DNA from: a virus
Strand: one strand, 5' to 3'
Length of the DNA stretch: 64,000 nucleotides
IMG/VR virus record: IMGVR_UViG_3300023184_000029
Span: 96,001 to 160,000 of that record
Below, piece after piece: positions 40,201 through 47,168 of this stretch. The position numbers were made by a program, and so were the translations under genes. The notes under the pieces are model-generated. The model worked only from the letters and a program-made list of their open reading frames with translations. It ran no database searches and had not been told where the DNA came from. The first letter of the stretch is position 1; each line of letters begins with the position of its first letter.

Positions 40201-41375
40201 CTAATGAGAAAGGGGTGGCTACGGATAAGAAAATTCCAGAAGCAGAACAGCAAGCAGTAGATAGGGCTATTAGAGATACTGTTGGCACTGGTGAAACAGC
40301 CACCGTTGATAATAAAACCGGCATTATAACATATAAAAAATTAACAGATAAAGATACTCCTAAAAGCATAAGAGAGCTAGGAGCACTATCTCTAAATCCC
40401 TATAGCTTTTTCCCCGCACAAGCTAGACAAAGTCTTATAGATCAATTATTATCATTTTTCCCTGCCGATAATAAAAATAAAAATTTAGATAAAGTCAAAA
40501 CTGATATAACTGCACTTAAAACTTGGTATCGCTCTCAAGATTCATATTTATCATCAAAAGATCCTACAGCAGATGATAGTAAATATCTTGATGATAATTA
40601 TAATACGGCTAATACAAGCTTACAAAATTTAACCGCTGGATTTTTTGGACTCTTACCAAGTCGTATTAAATTAGACGAGATGAAAAAAGCTAAAGAGAGC
40701 AGGGATCAAAAGGCGCCAGAATTTCAGAAACCACAGACCAGAGCTAATGGTGGTCTTATTTATGCTAGTAATGGAACACTTGTAAACTTTGCTCCTCGTG
40801 GTACTGATACCGTTCCTGCTATGTTAACCCCTGGAGAGTTTGTTGTTAATAGACGAGCTACTCAGAATAATCTTCCATTATTAAAAAGTATTAATAGTGG
40901 TAATTATAGTACAGGAGGAGTAGTTGTTCAGCCGAAGTACTTTGATAGAGGAGGACTAAACATAGGGAATGCTGTATCTGCTGGTATATCTAGCCTACTA
41001 GGATTAGATTCTGTTTCTTCTACAATCCTAGGCTCTTTTAGTAAGAGTTTTAGTCGAAATGTAAAATCATTATCAACTATTAAATTTGATTTTGGACAAA
41101 AGGTAATGGGGGACTTTGTTTCTAGCTTAAATTCATTAACTAAACAATTATCTTCTATAGATATTCCTCCCACTATTAATATTAGTGCTACTCATGAAGT
41201 AAATATTAATCTTAAAGAAGGAGCTAGTATATTACAAAGTATTGAGCAGACTATAGCGTCTAGCGTAGTAGCAGAAGTTGGTAAACAGATAGACGAATTA
41301 AGAAAAGTGATAACAAAAAATAACGACGGGGCCTTGGAGTTAGGAAGTCCTTCCAAACCAGCAGGCAAACCATAA
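28266..41375 (+). CDS. Tape measure protein (4369 aa) with embedded enzyme-like cargo domains
   Basis: N-terminal TP901-type TMP repeat region (ELVKLQQVTG...LAQAGL...AAKFAVESSDI...GLRTIFTR), Ala/Gly-rich helices, position after chaperones. Confidence 0.9.
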   Translation: MSSAFNLTAQLNLRGPSNIGNIVSNIRRQLGTINSTVNLTVNPNAVTGVGRLNASLVTLNTTLAQTQTSANAAASAIANFAQAFNTNAVGRTTQQLNAAVNTTNNLSRATSNTSRQIQMAHSEMAEFGRQSYLAIRRFAAFSIVTGGVFALTNAIKGGISAYVDYNQELVKLQQVTGGSAESLKGLEKEITGLSTNLGVSSGELTKISSTLAQAGLSARDTERALKALALSSLAPSFDDMNRTVEGSIALMRQFDISAKDLEASLGSINSVAAKFAVESSDIIAAIQRTGGVFAAASRGVSEGKQALNEFIAVFTSVRATTRESAETIATGLRTIFTRIQRGSTIEALKEFNVNLTDAQGKFVGAYKAIELLSKGLSSIDPRDLKFSQIVEELGGFRQIGKVIPLIQQFGTAQEALAVAQQGQGSLAEDSIKAQLSLANQISKVREEFLALFRDIGGSDSFQLLTKGALGLASGLIKLADGAKGVLPVLGMLLAFKGAQAATQFGLGFVGAMRQGSTGRRRASGGPINRYAAGGPVDVDVALMPGETVVYPDAVSRIGVSRLRQLNHADKNGIAGKRRGGRVSKFSKGGYAEVPGSGRTDSFYTQLPEGSFVIRTDATRSLGGPDGVMDAARNHAFGGDVQKFENGSWREVRAQVRSGRGRPSKTKSTVGQAVEKIESTTYDRKGRFKTDFPFIIRGLNRKGTKQKINEEAILKGYLNQGVNDLSKAIVDKTQGNITIPTGNINIQNKESIYGGLFETALLKISGRSKDKKDNNQAFDFPRGIGSALSPIFSGMPPDISTDVKRTAAANAALKSNIANKIANDMASNRLPQKPTPVGVVSLSPMDSAIVSKISGVEVDRLLKTKLKIKEQKNKKKRNAKRRADRYYDNALENAINMMPYAIGGIVQKFGVGGEAEPVRRTVGIIDSDSWKGDSPDIAAAMKELGITKPDEYKAYMSNLAAQKRQSNGVRKLRVATAVAAAGKTRIAFGGARGQEADNATLRKTTRTQIRVPSDFDKLGPTDDIVDTTSVVTPRNLGALRAADRIRVISTRSKESQEKVVENRDTRDILGASGQVDPTGTNFGQYDREAKSVSKAPKNSGPMEALLAATEVSGIDPKKIVTTDLATGKRISPPKVRTPDKMGVMTGNFGPTTPAHVEMAKIGAKQAGIKRENVVAMVANDVPIDPFNRDPEAERTAYLPQKSKTGPSRYGMAQAVFGAEGFSVHAMERGSSPNSMPYAFQTGEDTDTYIVPSDKTKKFEIGGSDKPETSRYPGYDPIRVSRTSGPTAGISATLAREAINSGNISEIQKYLTPAGLKYIEPHLSLLRERPKLLDSILDRLQKGKGATASKYLATLEELKTLPARKTKTTPPEVVAKMEAKREERERYKKKLFGLPSRMLRRLESRQARAIGGLVQKFGRGTDKPIKSFNEMGKSELLKQAEKLGVFVPIDFRRLLDSRAIGSEEIRAKVIKELEDQRTIIKAAQEKTSTRAKKRKIGVVGLTGESSSTELTTPGLKSKKGGRGLTGVPATLETGSLPSDLSKQVQAIIRNQSERIAARVGRLIATRAGSSPVTDKKQIRAIVSKQLDNISGLLFESGLAVAGAPYDPTEKTGPDFSRGLGKKLGALFGVDPKAMTDATNQAVKDVAKAKVTKGTFDRGRRNAIRTKRLARNFGGMIQTFEIGGQPSLSRSSKDKRFDPKKLAAFLGAQTPTSNKAKDLAERLKDSSSSAISKPNYEELLKGLKGYAKGGEIPIVAQEGEYVINRTSANQIGRHNLDKLNIGGRVGLDNLPKYHTGGIVRYNKGGSVQKLAVGGEIDNALSGMSNKDTIRLRASIQKNSQAFEQLAKLVSGWKVEDVGMAMKRLDRSLEKGVSQADALAQSVVAGTTSAARQPSKARGPNILGGTPDTRNAGTVGRTGDFKQITGLSNSKGQPLKVNGPGDVQATLDRIAPKITARFNRLGFTTEATEKALLVFNTQVRQTGDANQAFRAAVQSGKDSMTMVGRTGVGATVSGMTREKGSTTPEQRLARKKQNRADDRFGMFQGATIGGWAGFAAGGAIGGLAGAPLGGVIGAVGGAVAGSERGNRIRSMQYEAGADKLKARASNMAQGGSSGSATLALLNKAMSPLVYKAAQVSSGMSKLHLGAAQLSSSLNKGASAVVSWGSGIKNSQGPMDGFKKTVGGVGSLLKNSFSSLAKGADAAVGKLMGLKKVDIGGGKQGWRSAAATMGADGVTRDASGRRARGFGGGGGGGRGGRGGGGGMGGGMGMYGLSMGIPMAAQMFGTQEAQTETQASNNAFVEQSSNAVGGALAMATMGGPIGIIAGLGTAAAGIATAFVTAENAVNEFGKNKAAKQMEQSSEKISNILTEISNAGAATPAALEQLKTALDSSTSAALTFAEKSGTKKGSFVQDIVGNSNLGALLGSLEGATDNNDAQGAINRSQILDKKGIFAYLASAGDKDTELSNIRDLIPDMANDISKSFAIPADNIKKAFEQRTRSGESSASITSSPEFAKQAEILARSNPEAEKQLQLIQADTRLSEQDKRARRENIIAAYGNAAAMKAIKTTETQMAIEALGKSARNFSFSLKRMFNNMDIAIAASSNSLQSLSEKLELSAASAGGNAKVGKSSEIQSMIDVLKNPRGYSDTQRSTAMKGASSVFGPQSGNMEKMLNLGANIEDTLMSTINSTLQANSGANNEEVGAKVESAVKDKLKSLNFPPDLANKLTGQVQAAVSKMRTRGDEKLDFSKLMEEIGPLANSIESLKGASDSAIRALEFIKNSFDQLSDATNQITDIQVQNNSRLRNAQNILVTGTRNLDRALGKDIKLSDTKTDFNNQTRSFTGGATDPSAIRRNIQNLETQRNQQQTGLDQAKASTDMGGVLAFSDGLVKTNSAIRENVAALEQLAQNGDLASAALDQVSKIQAKQAAGVSIVERLVTSTPGELNNLNQAFNRLTNNMQGKANFGTSADQRKESLDVLNMIMPFLGDKQGGVKANILQSQLQESGIQSNPFIDQVLGSLRNPEADPEMKAATDTYREAITTQSEANIQLAKINTDLAGNIARSTADAVAAAIKNTPLNFSQMQTSDEQKGINKVPTMATGGVVYKSVGGNIFQPKGTDTVPAMLTPGEFVVNRSATQRNLPLLKSINSYSSGGAVKYYASGGMVDVRDSGSGASAGKSILSESATATDDVRLTKEEYPVLSENLVKNILTKTDEVSRLYGTPATVYGSYNTDQDFTGPIIAKLDKEAFKAKTDGLGINEIRRYLKTFNTSFDLTPDNWELGASNPIGIGIDREEKKGYLWGTVMEGSNLPTFEKYNTTGVGMSREEELANILLPYQAIQTNALETHSKKYRISNNTTGGKDFKNYKIEDPDSSFLSKQTQLDLLNTLVTKLAGSTINNDDTLGKKILSAEDKYTGDREYKNGNKQSLDKILERSLFITTKPVKDKYYNAQWTNAKPQGLVTGNGNALTTVQKTTSFMGTNLKGRKQLGAANTDVLRPGVLENTAKGTDVESKQKYIKERLKYFEELKNQYENINNFTIINSSKASNNKMNTLLESLYDDNLSGLFVSIPKNQLSSSWGDYGKITDFAYIYRKQFNDKWNRIVNSYKDNKDHVFSSDSNKLNIVKDSTAQSFNWSNKPIDLDRIKDIVSDIEEKNKKRESLFQLDEAATSHAFEVAIGSEKYEGKFNTQKIKIPKLTEEKGYIPPTDEFLDGFLLSSSKEAPLLNPFLEAKQQLFTSQDPALIAQLLSGSYNTKEPLKLDNIDLVRLLTQEEGIQGGIDALDIDKAYTLIPDPKPEIFLFQQLEDAKNRMMEQRGETTLQPSAKLATSVDRKGKKAKASWLRKSYLDYANEAIKNIILPSIGVFKKFIPNFGLTKLDSSNQFKSYSEGLNKLQTEFGKRITNNKGDFLNDQLGSAWGNVGAVSKFIGALSLSDPSKELGSILGAGEFDLEKVKNVTPLFEKIKSYGQILKGAGKSKIAAEMILAETNEKGVATDKKIPEAEQQAVDRAIRDTVGTGETATVDNKTGIITYKKLTDKDTPKSIRELGALSLNPYSFFPAQARQSLIDQLLSFFPADNKNKNLDKVKTDITALKTWYRSQDSYLSSKDPTADDSKYLDDNYNTANTSLQNLTAGFFGLLPSRIKLDEMKKAKESRDQKAPEFQKPQTRANGGLIYASNGTLVNFAPRGTDTVPAMLTPGEFVVNRRATQNNLPLLKSINSGNYSTGGVVVQPKYFDRGGLNIGNAVSAGISSLLGLDSVSSTILGSFSKSFSRNVKSLSTIKFDFGQKVMGDFVSSLNSLTKQLSSIDIPPTINISATHEVNINLKEGASILQSIEQTIASSVVAEVGKQIDELRKVITKNNDGALELGSPSKPAGKP

Positions 41376-41432
41376 ACCTATATTTGGCCAGTAAATCAAT
41401 ATGACACAATCAATCCAAACTAAATTTTTAAA

Positions 41433-41439
41433 GGTGTAT
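41433..41439 (+). promoter_or_regulatory. Putative late promoter GGTGTAT
   Basis: Intergenic, 30 nt before 41469. Confidence 0.55.
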
Positions 41440-41468
41440 AAACTTACATATTCTTTCAAGGAAAACCC

Positions 41469-44400
41469 ATGATTAATTCACCAATATATATATTTGATAA
41501 TATCGGTTCATATTTTTCTTATCAAAATGATAAGTTTTTAATAGGCTCTTCCCTTCCTGGTTATAAGTCTTTAAATATTGACCATATTAATGCTCATATC
41601 CCATATCTGGTTCGTAACGTTAATAATAGCAAAGTATTGTGGGAGATTGGTATAGGCAAGGTTGTTGTAGTAAATTCTTCTATATGTGTTGAAAGAGTAC
41701 AGGTTGTAAAATCTTCTAATAATGATCAACTTGTTGATTTTTCAGCTGGCGGAACCAAAAGTTTCTACATATTCGCAAACGAATATAATTTTAATACGGG
41801 TTTTAATAATGTAATATTAAAAAATAATAATTTCATTGCTGATTCTGTTCGATGTGTTTATATTGTAGATACTAGTGACAATGCTTCAGAAGCCTCATTA
41901 CCAGATCCTTCAAAGTGTGCTGGATTAGAACTTAAATTCAAAACAGTTGGTTCTGGATCTAATGACTTAATCATTAAAAAATCTAATAATGAAATTCTTA
42001 CAACATTAACAGGTAGCGATAAATTTACACAAGTTATTTCTACTGGCACAGATTGGGTAGAACTTAAAGACCAAATAGACGCACCAAACATAAAAGCTAT
42101 GGGACTTTCAGACGGGTCATACACAATATCCAGTGTAGAAGGAGCAGGAGACGACCGCTCATTACAATTTAATAATGATGGAACCATAGATGGTACAGAT
42201 GTATATTGGTCCAGTAACGGACAACTACTATTTGGATCATCATCGTCATCATCTGCACACTCTATTATACCATCATCTGGCAATTCCCCAACAATAATAA
42301 ATAATGATGGTACAAATTCTAACTTTTTAGTTAAGGGCTCAGGACTTAATAATAGTTTATTTTTCACATATGATGGTAAACTTGGTCTTAATATTCCTTC
42401 TGGCGCCACACCTCAAACGGTTCTGCATCTAATTAATAATAATTGTAAAGAGGGTATAAGATTAGAAAATAGAAGTTCTTGCTATCCTGCTAATATAACT
42501 CTATATCATAAACCAGCATCTTCTATCGACGCCAACTCGGTTGTTTCATCACTTTCTCTTGCTGCTAAAAATAATTTGGGAAATAAAGTAGAATATGGAA
42601 AATTACAATCTAAAGCCCTGGTTTTAACAGAAGGTTCTACGAAAGGACAAATTGAATTATTAGTGGATAGCTCAGGATCCGGAGTTTCTGTATTACAAGC
42701 AAATCCTAATGCCGTAACTGTTGGATATACTAGTGGCAATGCTCTAGTAATTAATAATCAAGGAGCTAGTGTTTTAGGATACTCTAATAATAATATTACC
42801 GTAACTAATAATGCTATCAATATTAATACTAATAATATTAGCATGACCGGAATTTTCAATGCTACTAAAATTAATATAGGTTCAGGCTCTATCTCTACAC
42901 TTTCATTACCAAATATTTCTCCTAATAAATTATTGATGGTAAATTCTTCAGGAGTTTTGACCACAAATGATTCTTCTTTTAGTATAGCGTCTATTCCTTC
43001 TGGTAGAATATTAACAACAAGCGCTAGCGGAGTAATAGTTGGTTCATTAACTCCGGAACAGTTTTTTATTACTGAAAAATCACTATCATGGAATCAGTAT
43101 CCCGCAAGAACAGCAAATGTCTGTTTGAAACAAATAGCCCCCATAGACCCTATTCCTGTAAAAGAATTTGCTATAGGAGATCAAGTTGCTATAGAAACAG
43201 ATACTGATGTTTTTTATAGAATAGTAAAAGATATCGAAATAGAAAATAATAATATTATTTCAATTTTAGTAGATAGCAATATCACAGTAAATACTGTAGC
43301 AAATGTTAAGGTATATTCTATAACTCAGGGCGGGTATCTTAAAAATACCAGATATGTTAAAAGCGGCAATGTTTCAGATTCAACAGCAAATATTCTGAGC
43401 ATCAGACCCCAAACAGATACGGTATTTAATAATCTGCATAAAGATATTAATTTTCTAGTTTATGGAATAGATAATATTCCAGCTCTAGAGGTATTTGCAA
43501 ATATTAATCAGTCATCATCTTCTAAGGGAGTATATACATCCTATAATCCTAGCACCACAGGAGTATTAAGGATTGTTGGGGATGATATTACAAAAAGTTA
43601 TTATGGAACATATGATCAGGGAGATAATGTTTCTGAATGGATAGAGAATGATAAAATATACTCTACTGATAATATAGAATATGTAGCTGGTGGTTCTTGG
43701 AATTCCACTAATGCTAATGAGTATAAGAGTATCAGAGCCTTCCCAAATAATACAGAAAATAATAAGATAGGATTTAGAGTTCGTAATAATCTAGACGCTG
43801 CTGGTAGCGCATATATATCCAATTTACTAGATCTTAAATTTGTATCAGTAGACGATATGAATAATCCTGAGGATACATCAGGACTATATGATTATACATC
43901 CTCTCCCGAACTATTAACTATTCCTAATCTTGGCTCTGTTCCTTATAGTTTCGGCATGACCGAATCAGAAATAACTAATAATCAATATTGTAAATTTTTA
44001 AATTCTGTTGCTTTGTCTGGGGATCCATACTCTTTATATAACTCCAATATGGCTTCGTCTGGTTTATTAGGAGGTATAGCAAGATCTGGCTCTGGCCCAT
44101 ATAGCTACTCTACAGTATCAGGAATGGTATACAAGCCGGTTGTATATGTAGATTATTTGTCTGCTCTAAGATTTATCAATTGGATAGACCAAGGCGCTCC
44201 GTCCGGATCCTCATATGATCCAGATTTATTAAATGACGGGGCATATACTATATCTGTTGAGGACTCATCCGTTCAAAAGAAAAGATTTCAAAAATATGGA
44301 CTTCCATCTTTGAATGAATGGTATAAGTCTGCTTATTATCAGCCTGTTGAAACTATTCCTTCAGTAGGCCACTCTGCAGTAACAGTTAAAAGAAACCTAC

Positions 44401-46655
44401 CTTATTCTTTATCTAGCGGCAACTATGCTTCTTTAAGCGTAAGCGGTTGTTTATATTCTGATAGTTTAAAAATTAGTAATCTAATAGATGCTGATAGTAA
44501 AAAGGTTTCTTTGATTAAGAATAGTGGCATATTATCTATAGGTCCTTCTATACCTCTAGGAGGTTCAACATATACAACAACAATTAGTACTACTGGTATT
44601 ATACTAGCTACTAGTGGAGCTGTCTTAATTAAAACTCCACAACCATTAAATATTAGCGGGATAATAGTAGATACTTTAAGCGTAAAGAATATTATTAATT
44701 TAAAACCGGATGGTAATCCTGTAACTAACTATCCTGGCGGAGTATTCTATAGCGATGAGAATACGGGACAAACTAATACTTATCAGAATCTTCTTATCAA
44801 AGCAGGATCTGATGGTTCTGGTATTCAGATCCCTAATGGTTCTATTTTAAGTCCTTTATATTTGGATTCAGAAAAATTTATCAGACAGTATGAAGATATT
44901 GTTTTGGATCCATCTGGCGTAGAAATAAAAACCTCTTTTAAAACTCCTTCTATACAGATAGGTGAGGATAATCCATTTTTTTCTGGAAGTATACTTACCC
45001 ATAATGGTGAAGGAGATGCCCTTTGGCAACCAGCTACTTATTTAAATGCAGACGGTGTTAAATGGACTAGATATCTCAAACGATCAGTTTTAGTTAAAAA
45101 TAATGAGATAGTTTTTACAGAAGGAGATTTGGCAACTTTACGAAAAGAGTTTCCATATACTGATACTATCGCTGTAGTAAATAATGAAACTAGACAAATT
45201 AGTTATGTTAAAGCGGCTGATGGAGATTTTATTATAGATGGTGTTGGGTCGGTTACTCCGTCTACAGACACTTTCTACACAACAACCGATGGACTAGGAA
45301 TGAGATTCTGTCCTGTTATTCCTTGGTCTACAGCTTCTGGAGTATCTGGTGTAGCTTTTGCTGTTAATAGAGGCGGATATTTATCTATGCAGTTAGAGCC
45401 CTCTGCGATCAATGGATTTTCTTGTGAATCCAATGATCCAAATAGTCCGTATAGATTTAAACCTAGTACACTAAATACTATTAGTATTCGTCCAGATACG
45501 GCTACCACATTTAATACTCTAGCTGAAAGAATAGACTTTGCCATATATGGACACAAACCCACCCAATATAATAGATATGAAGAGAATATTTTTGCTAAAG
45601 ATGCACTAGGATTGCCTAGTGGTTTGATCCCAGCATTCAAGGTTGATTCTCATACATCTAATGCTGTTTCTGGAAGTTTAATTTCTGGAGTTTATCTATC
45701 TGGATATTCAGATATAGGTAAAACTTTACCAATAGGTTTTAATAAAGACGAATCAGCTAAAACCTGTATCAATACAAAAACTCCTTATATCATTAATAGT
45801 ATACCTAGTGGATCTTCAACATTAGCTCTATATGCAGATTTGACTGTTAACAAATATATATACGCAGAGGGTCTGATAACTCAGAGCATCGTATTGAAAC
45901 AAGGAGTAAATACTTTTGTTCCAAATGCTCCTTTAACTATTAATGCTTCTGGTTATTTGGTATCACAAGTACCCACTGCGCCAGCGTCCATCCCAGATTC
46001 TCCAACATCGCTAGTAGGAGTAGAAGGCAATTCTTCTGTATCATTAACATGGACCTCTCCAGCTGATGACGGAGGATCTCCTATAACTAATTATCTAATA
46101 GAATATAGTGCTAATGATGGCGGGACATGGACAGTATATAACAAAGCTCCATCAACTGATACATTCGCCAATATTACAGGTTTAACTAATGGTATAGATT
46201 ATTACTTCAGAGTTTCTGCAATAAACGAAATCGGGAATGGAGCTGCTTCAGAAATTTCTAATCAAGTTACACCGGATACTGATGTTCCTGGGGCGCCAAC
46301 TAATTTACAAATTACTAGACAAAATTTACAAGCAACTTTAAGTTGGAATAGTCCATCTAATGTTGGTAGTTCTAGCGTAACGGGATACTTTATACAAAGA
46401 TCTTCTGATGGCGGAAATACCTGGATTAATGCTACTTCAGAAATTAATAATATAGTAGCCGCATCTCCAAAAATTTTAACTGGACTAAATAATAACTCTA
46501 GATATATATTTAGAATAAGAGCTATTAATAGCAGTGGAGGAGGAATGTATGCTAGTATAGCTAGTATAGGCACAGACCCATACAATCCTCCAGAACCAGT
46601 AGATAATAATGTCTGGGATTTCGGCAAAGTATCGTTCACAGGAGTTTGTTCATGA
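41469..46655 (+). CDS. Large fibre protein: fibre-attachment N-terminus, permuted FGE-sulfatase domain, two C-terminal FN3 domains
   Basis: WEIGIG...ERV.V.KSSN...FSAGGTK start; YGTYDQG.NVSEW/GGSW/GFRV; EITNNQYCKFLN; PDSPTSL...LTWTSP..DGGSPITNY.IEYS FN3 pattern twice. Confidence 0.82.
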   Translation: MINSPIYIFDNIGSYFSYQNDKFLIGSSLPGYKSLNIDHINAHIPYLVRNVNNSKVLWEIGIGKVVVVNSSICVERVQVVKSSNNDQLVDFSAGGTKSFYIFANEYNFNTGFNNVILKNNNFIADSVRCVYIVDTSDNASEASLPDPSKCAGLELKFKTVGSGSNDLIIKKSNNEILTTLTGSDKFTQVISTGTDWVELKDQIDAPNIKAMGLSDGSYTISSVEGAGDDRSLQFNNDGTIDGTDVYWSSNGQLLFGSSSSSSAHSIIPSSGNSPTIINNDGTNSNFLVKGSGLNNSLFFTYDGKLGLNIPSGATPQTVLHLINNNCKEGIRLENRSSCYPANITLYHKPASSIDANSVVSSLSLAAKNNLGNKVEYGKLQSKALVLTEGSTKGQIELLVDSSGSGVSVLQANPNAVTVGYTSGNALVINNQGASVLGYSNNNITVTNNAININTNNISMTGIFNATKINIGSGSISTLSLPNISPNKLLMVNSSGVLTTNDSSFSIASIPSGRILTTSASGVIVGSLTPEQFFITEKSLSWNQYPARTANVCLKQIAPIDPIPVKEFAIGDQVAIETDTDVFYRIVKDIEIENNNIISILVDSNITVNTVANVKVYSITQGGYLKNTRYVKSGNVSDSTANILSIRPQTDTVFNNLHKDINFLVYGIDNIPALEVFANINQSSSSKGVYTSYNPSTTGVLRIVGDDITKSYYGTYDQGDNVSEWIENDKIYSTDNIEYVAGGSWNSTNANEYKSIRAFPNNTENNKIGFRVRNNLDAAGSAYISNLLDLKFVSVDDMNNPEDTSGLYDYTSSPELLTIPNLGSVPYSFGMTESEITNNQYCKFLNSVALSGDPYSLYNSNMASSGLLGGIARSGSGPYSYSTVSGMVYKPVVYVDYLSALRFINWIDQGAPSGSSYDPDLLNDGAYTISVEDSSVQKKRFQKYGLPSLNEWYKSAYYQPVETIPSVGHSAVTVKRNLPYSLSSGNYASLSVSGCLYSDSLKISNLIDADSKKVSLIKNSGILSIGPSIPLGGSTYTTTISTTGIILATSGAVLIKTPQPLNISGIIVDTLSVKNIINLKPDGNPVTNYPGGVFYSDENTGQTNTYQNLLIKAGSDGSGIQIPNGSILSPLYLDSEKFIRQYEDIVLDPSGVEIKTSFKTPSIQIGEDNPFFSGSILTHNGEGDALWQPATYLNADGVKWTRYLKRSVLVKNNEIVFTEGDLATLRKEFPYTDTIAVVNNETRQISYVKAADGDFIIDGVGSVTPSTDTFYTTTDGLGMRFCPVIPWSTASGVSGVAFAVNRGGYLSMQLEPSAINGFSCESNDPNSPYRFKPSTLNTISIRPDTATTFNTLAERIDFAIYGHKPTQYNRYEENIFAKDALGLPSGLIPAFKVDSHTSNAVSGSLISGVYLSGYSDIGKTLPIGFNKDESAKTCINTKTPYIINSIPSGSSTLALYADLTVNKYIYAEGLITQSIVLKQGVNTFVPNAPLTINASGYLVSQVPTAPASIPDSPTSLVGVEGNSSVSLTWTSPADDGGSPITNYLIEYSANDGGTWTVYNKAPSTDTFANITGLTNGIDYYFRVSAINEIGNGAASEISNQVTPDTDVPGAPTNLQITRQNLQATLSWNSPSNVGSSSVTGYFIQRSSDGGNTWINATSEINNIVAASPKILTGLNNNSRYIFRIRAINSSGGGMYASIASIGTDPYNPPEPVDNNVWDFGKVSFTGVCS

Positions 46656-47167
46656 AATTTAAACCTAAAAGAGACGAGACATCAACCTCTGCACCAGCTT
46701 CTAATCAATTGGAAGTAGGGGAACTTGTAATGAATAGTGTCACTGGTAAACTTTATACCAAACTAGTGTCAGGAGCAATTGTAGAGTTTGTAGGACAACA
46801 AGTATGCTATATAGCAGTACCAGATATAGAGTTCGATAATGTTTCCGATTTTTGTTGTTATGGTGATGTTTTAACTGTAAAAATCAGAGGATTACAGCCT
46901 TCTCCGAAAACTTATTCTTTTGAAATACAAGAACTAACGAATAATAATTCAACAACTACTGTTAGAACACCGGTATACTCTAATTATACAGGATCCTCCG
47001 TGGCTGGTTCTAATCCTGTAGCTCTTAGAGAAGCTATTATTCCTATAGACGTAGAGATAAATGGTAATAATCCAATTAGTATTTTTAAGTTTACTGTATT
47101 ATCTGGTAATATTCCACTAACAGAAAAAACAATATCTATCTGTTGTAAGAATTGCGGGACTACATAA
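46652..47167 (+). CDS. Fibre-associated protein (K.KR...P....L..GEL..N..GKLY start; probable ATG 46652)
   Basis: GGAG RBS at 46641 and ATGA overlap with the upstream stop. Confidence 0.65.
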   Translation: MKFKPKRDETSTSAPASNQLEVGELVMNSVTGKLYTKLVSGAIVEFVGQQVCYIAVPDIEFDNVSDFCCYGDVLTVKIRGLQPSPKTYSFEIQELTNNNSTTTVRTPVYSNYTGSSVAGSNPVALREAIIPIDVEINGNNPISIFKFTVLSGNIPLTEKTISICCKNCGTT

Positions 47168-47168
47168 T

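Noticed and set aside
37581-40900. Transposon or IS insertion in the TMP
   Set aside because: The flanking duplication is conserved at protein level with synonymous changes; no transposase or terminal inverted repeats; reading frame intact.
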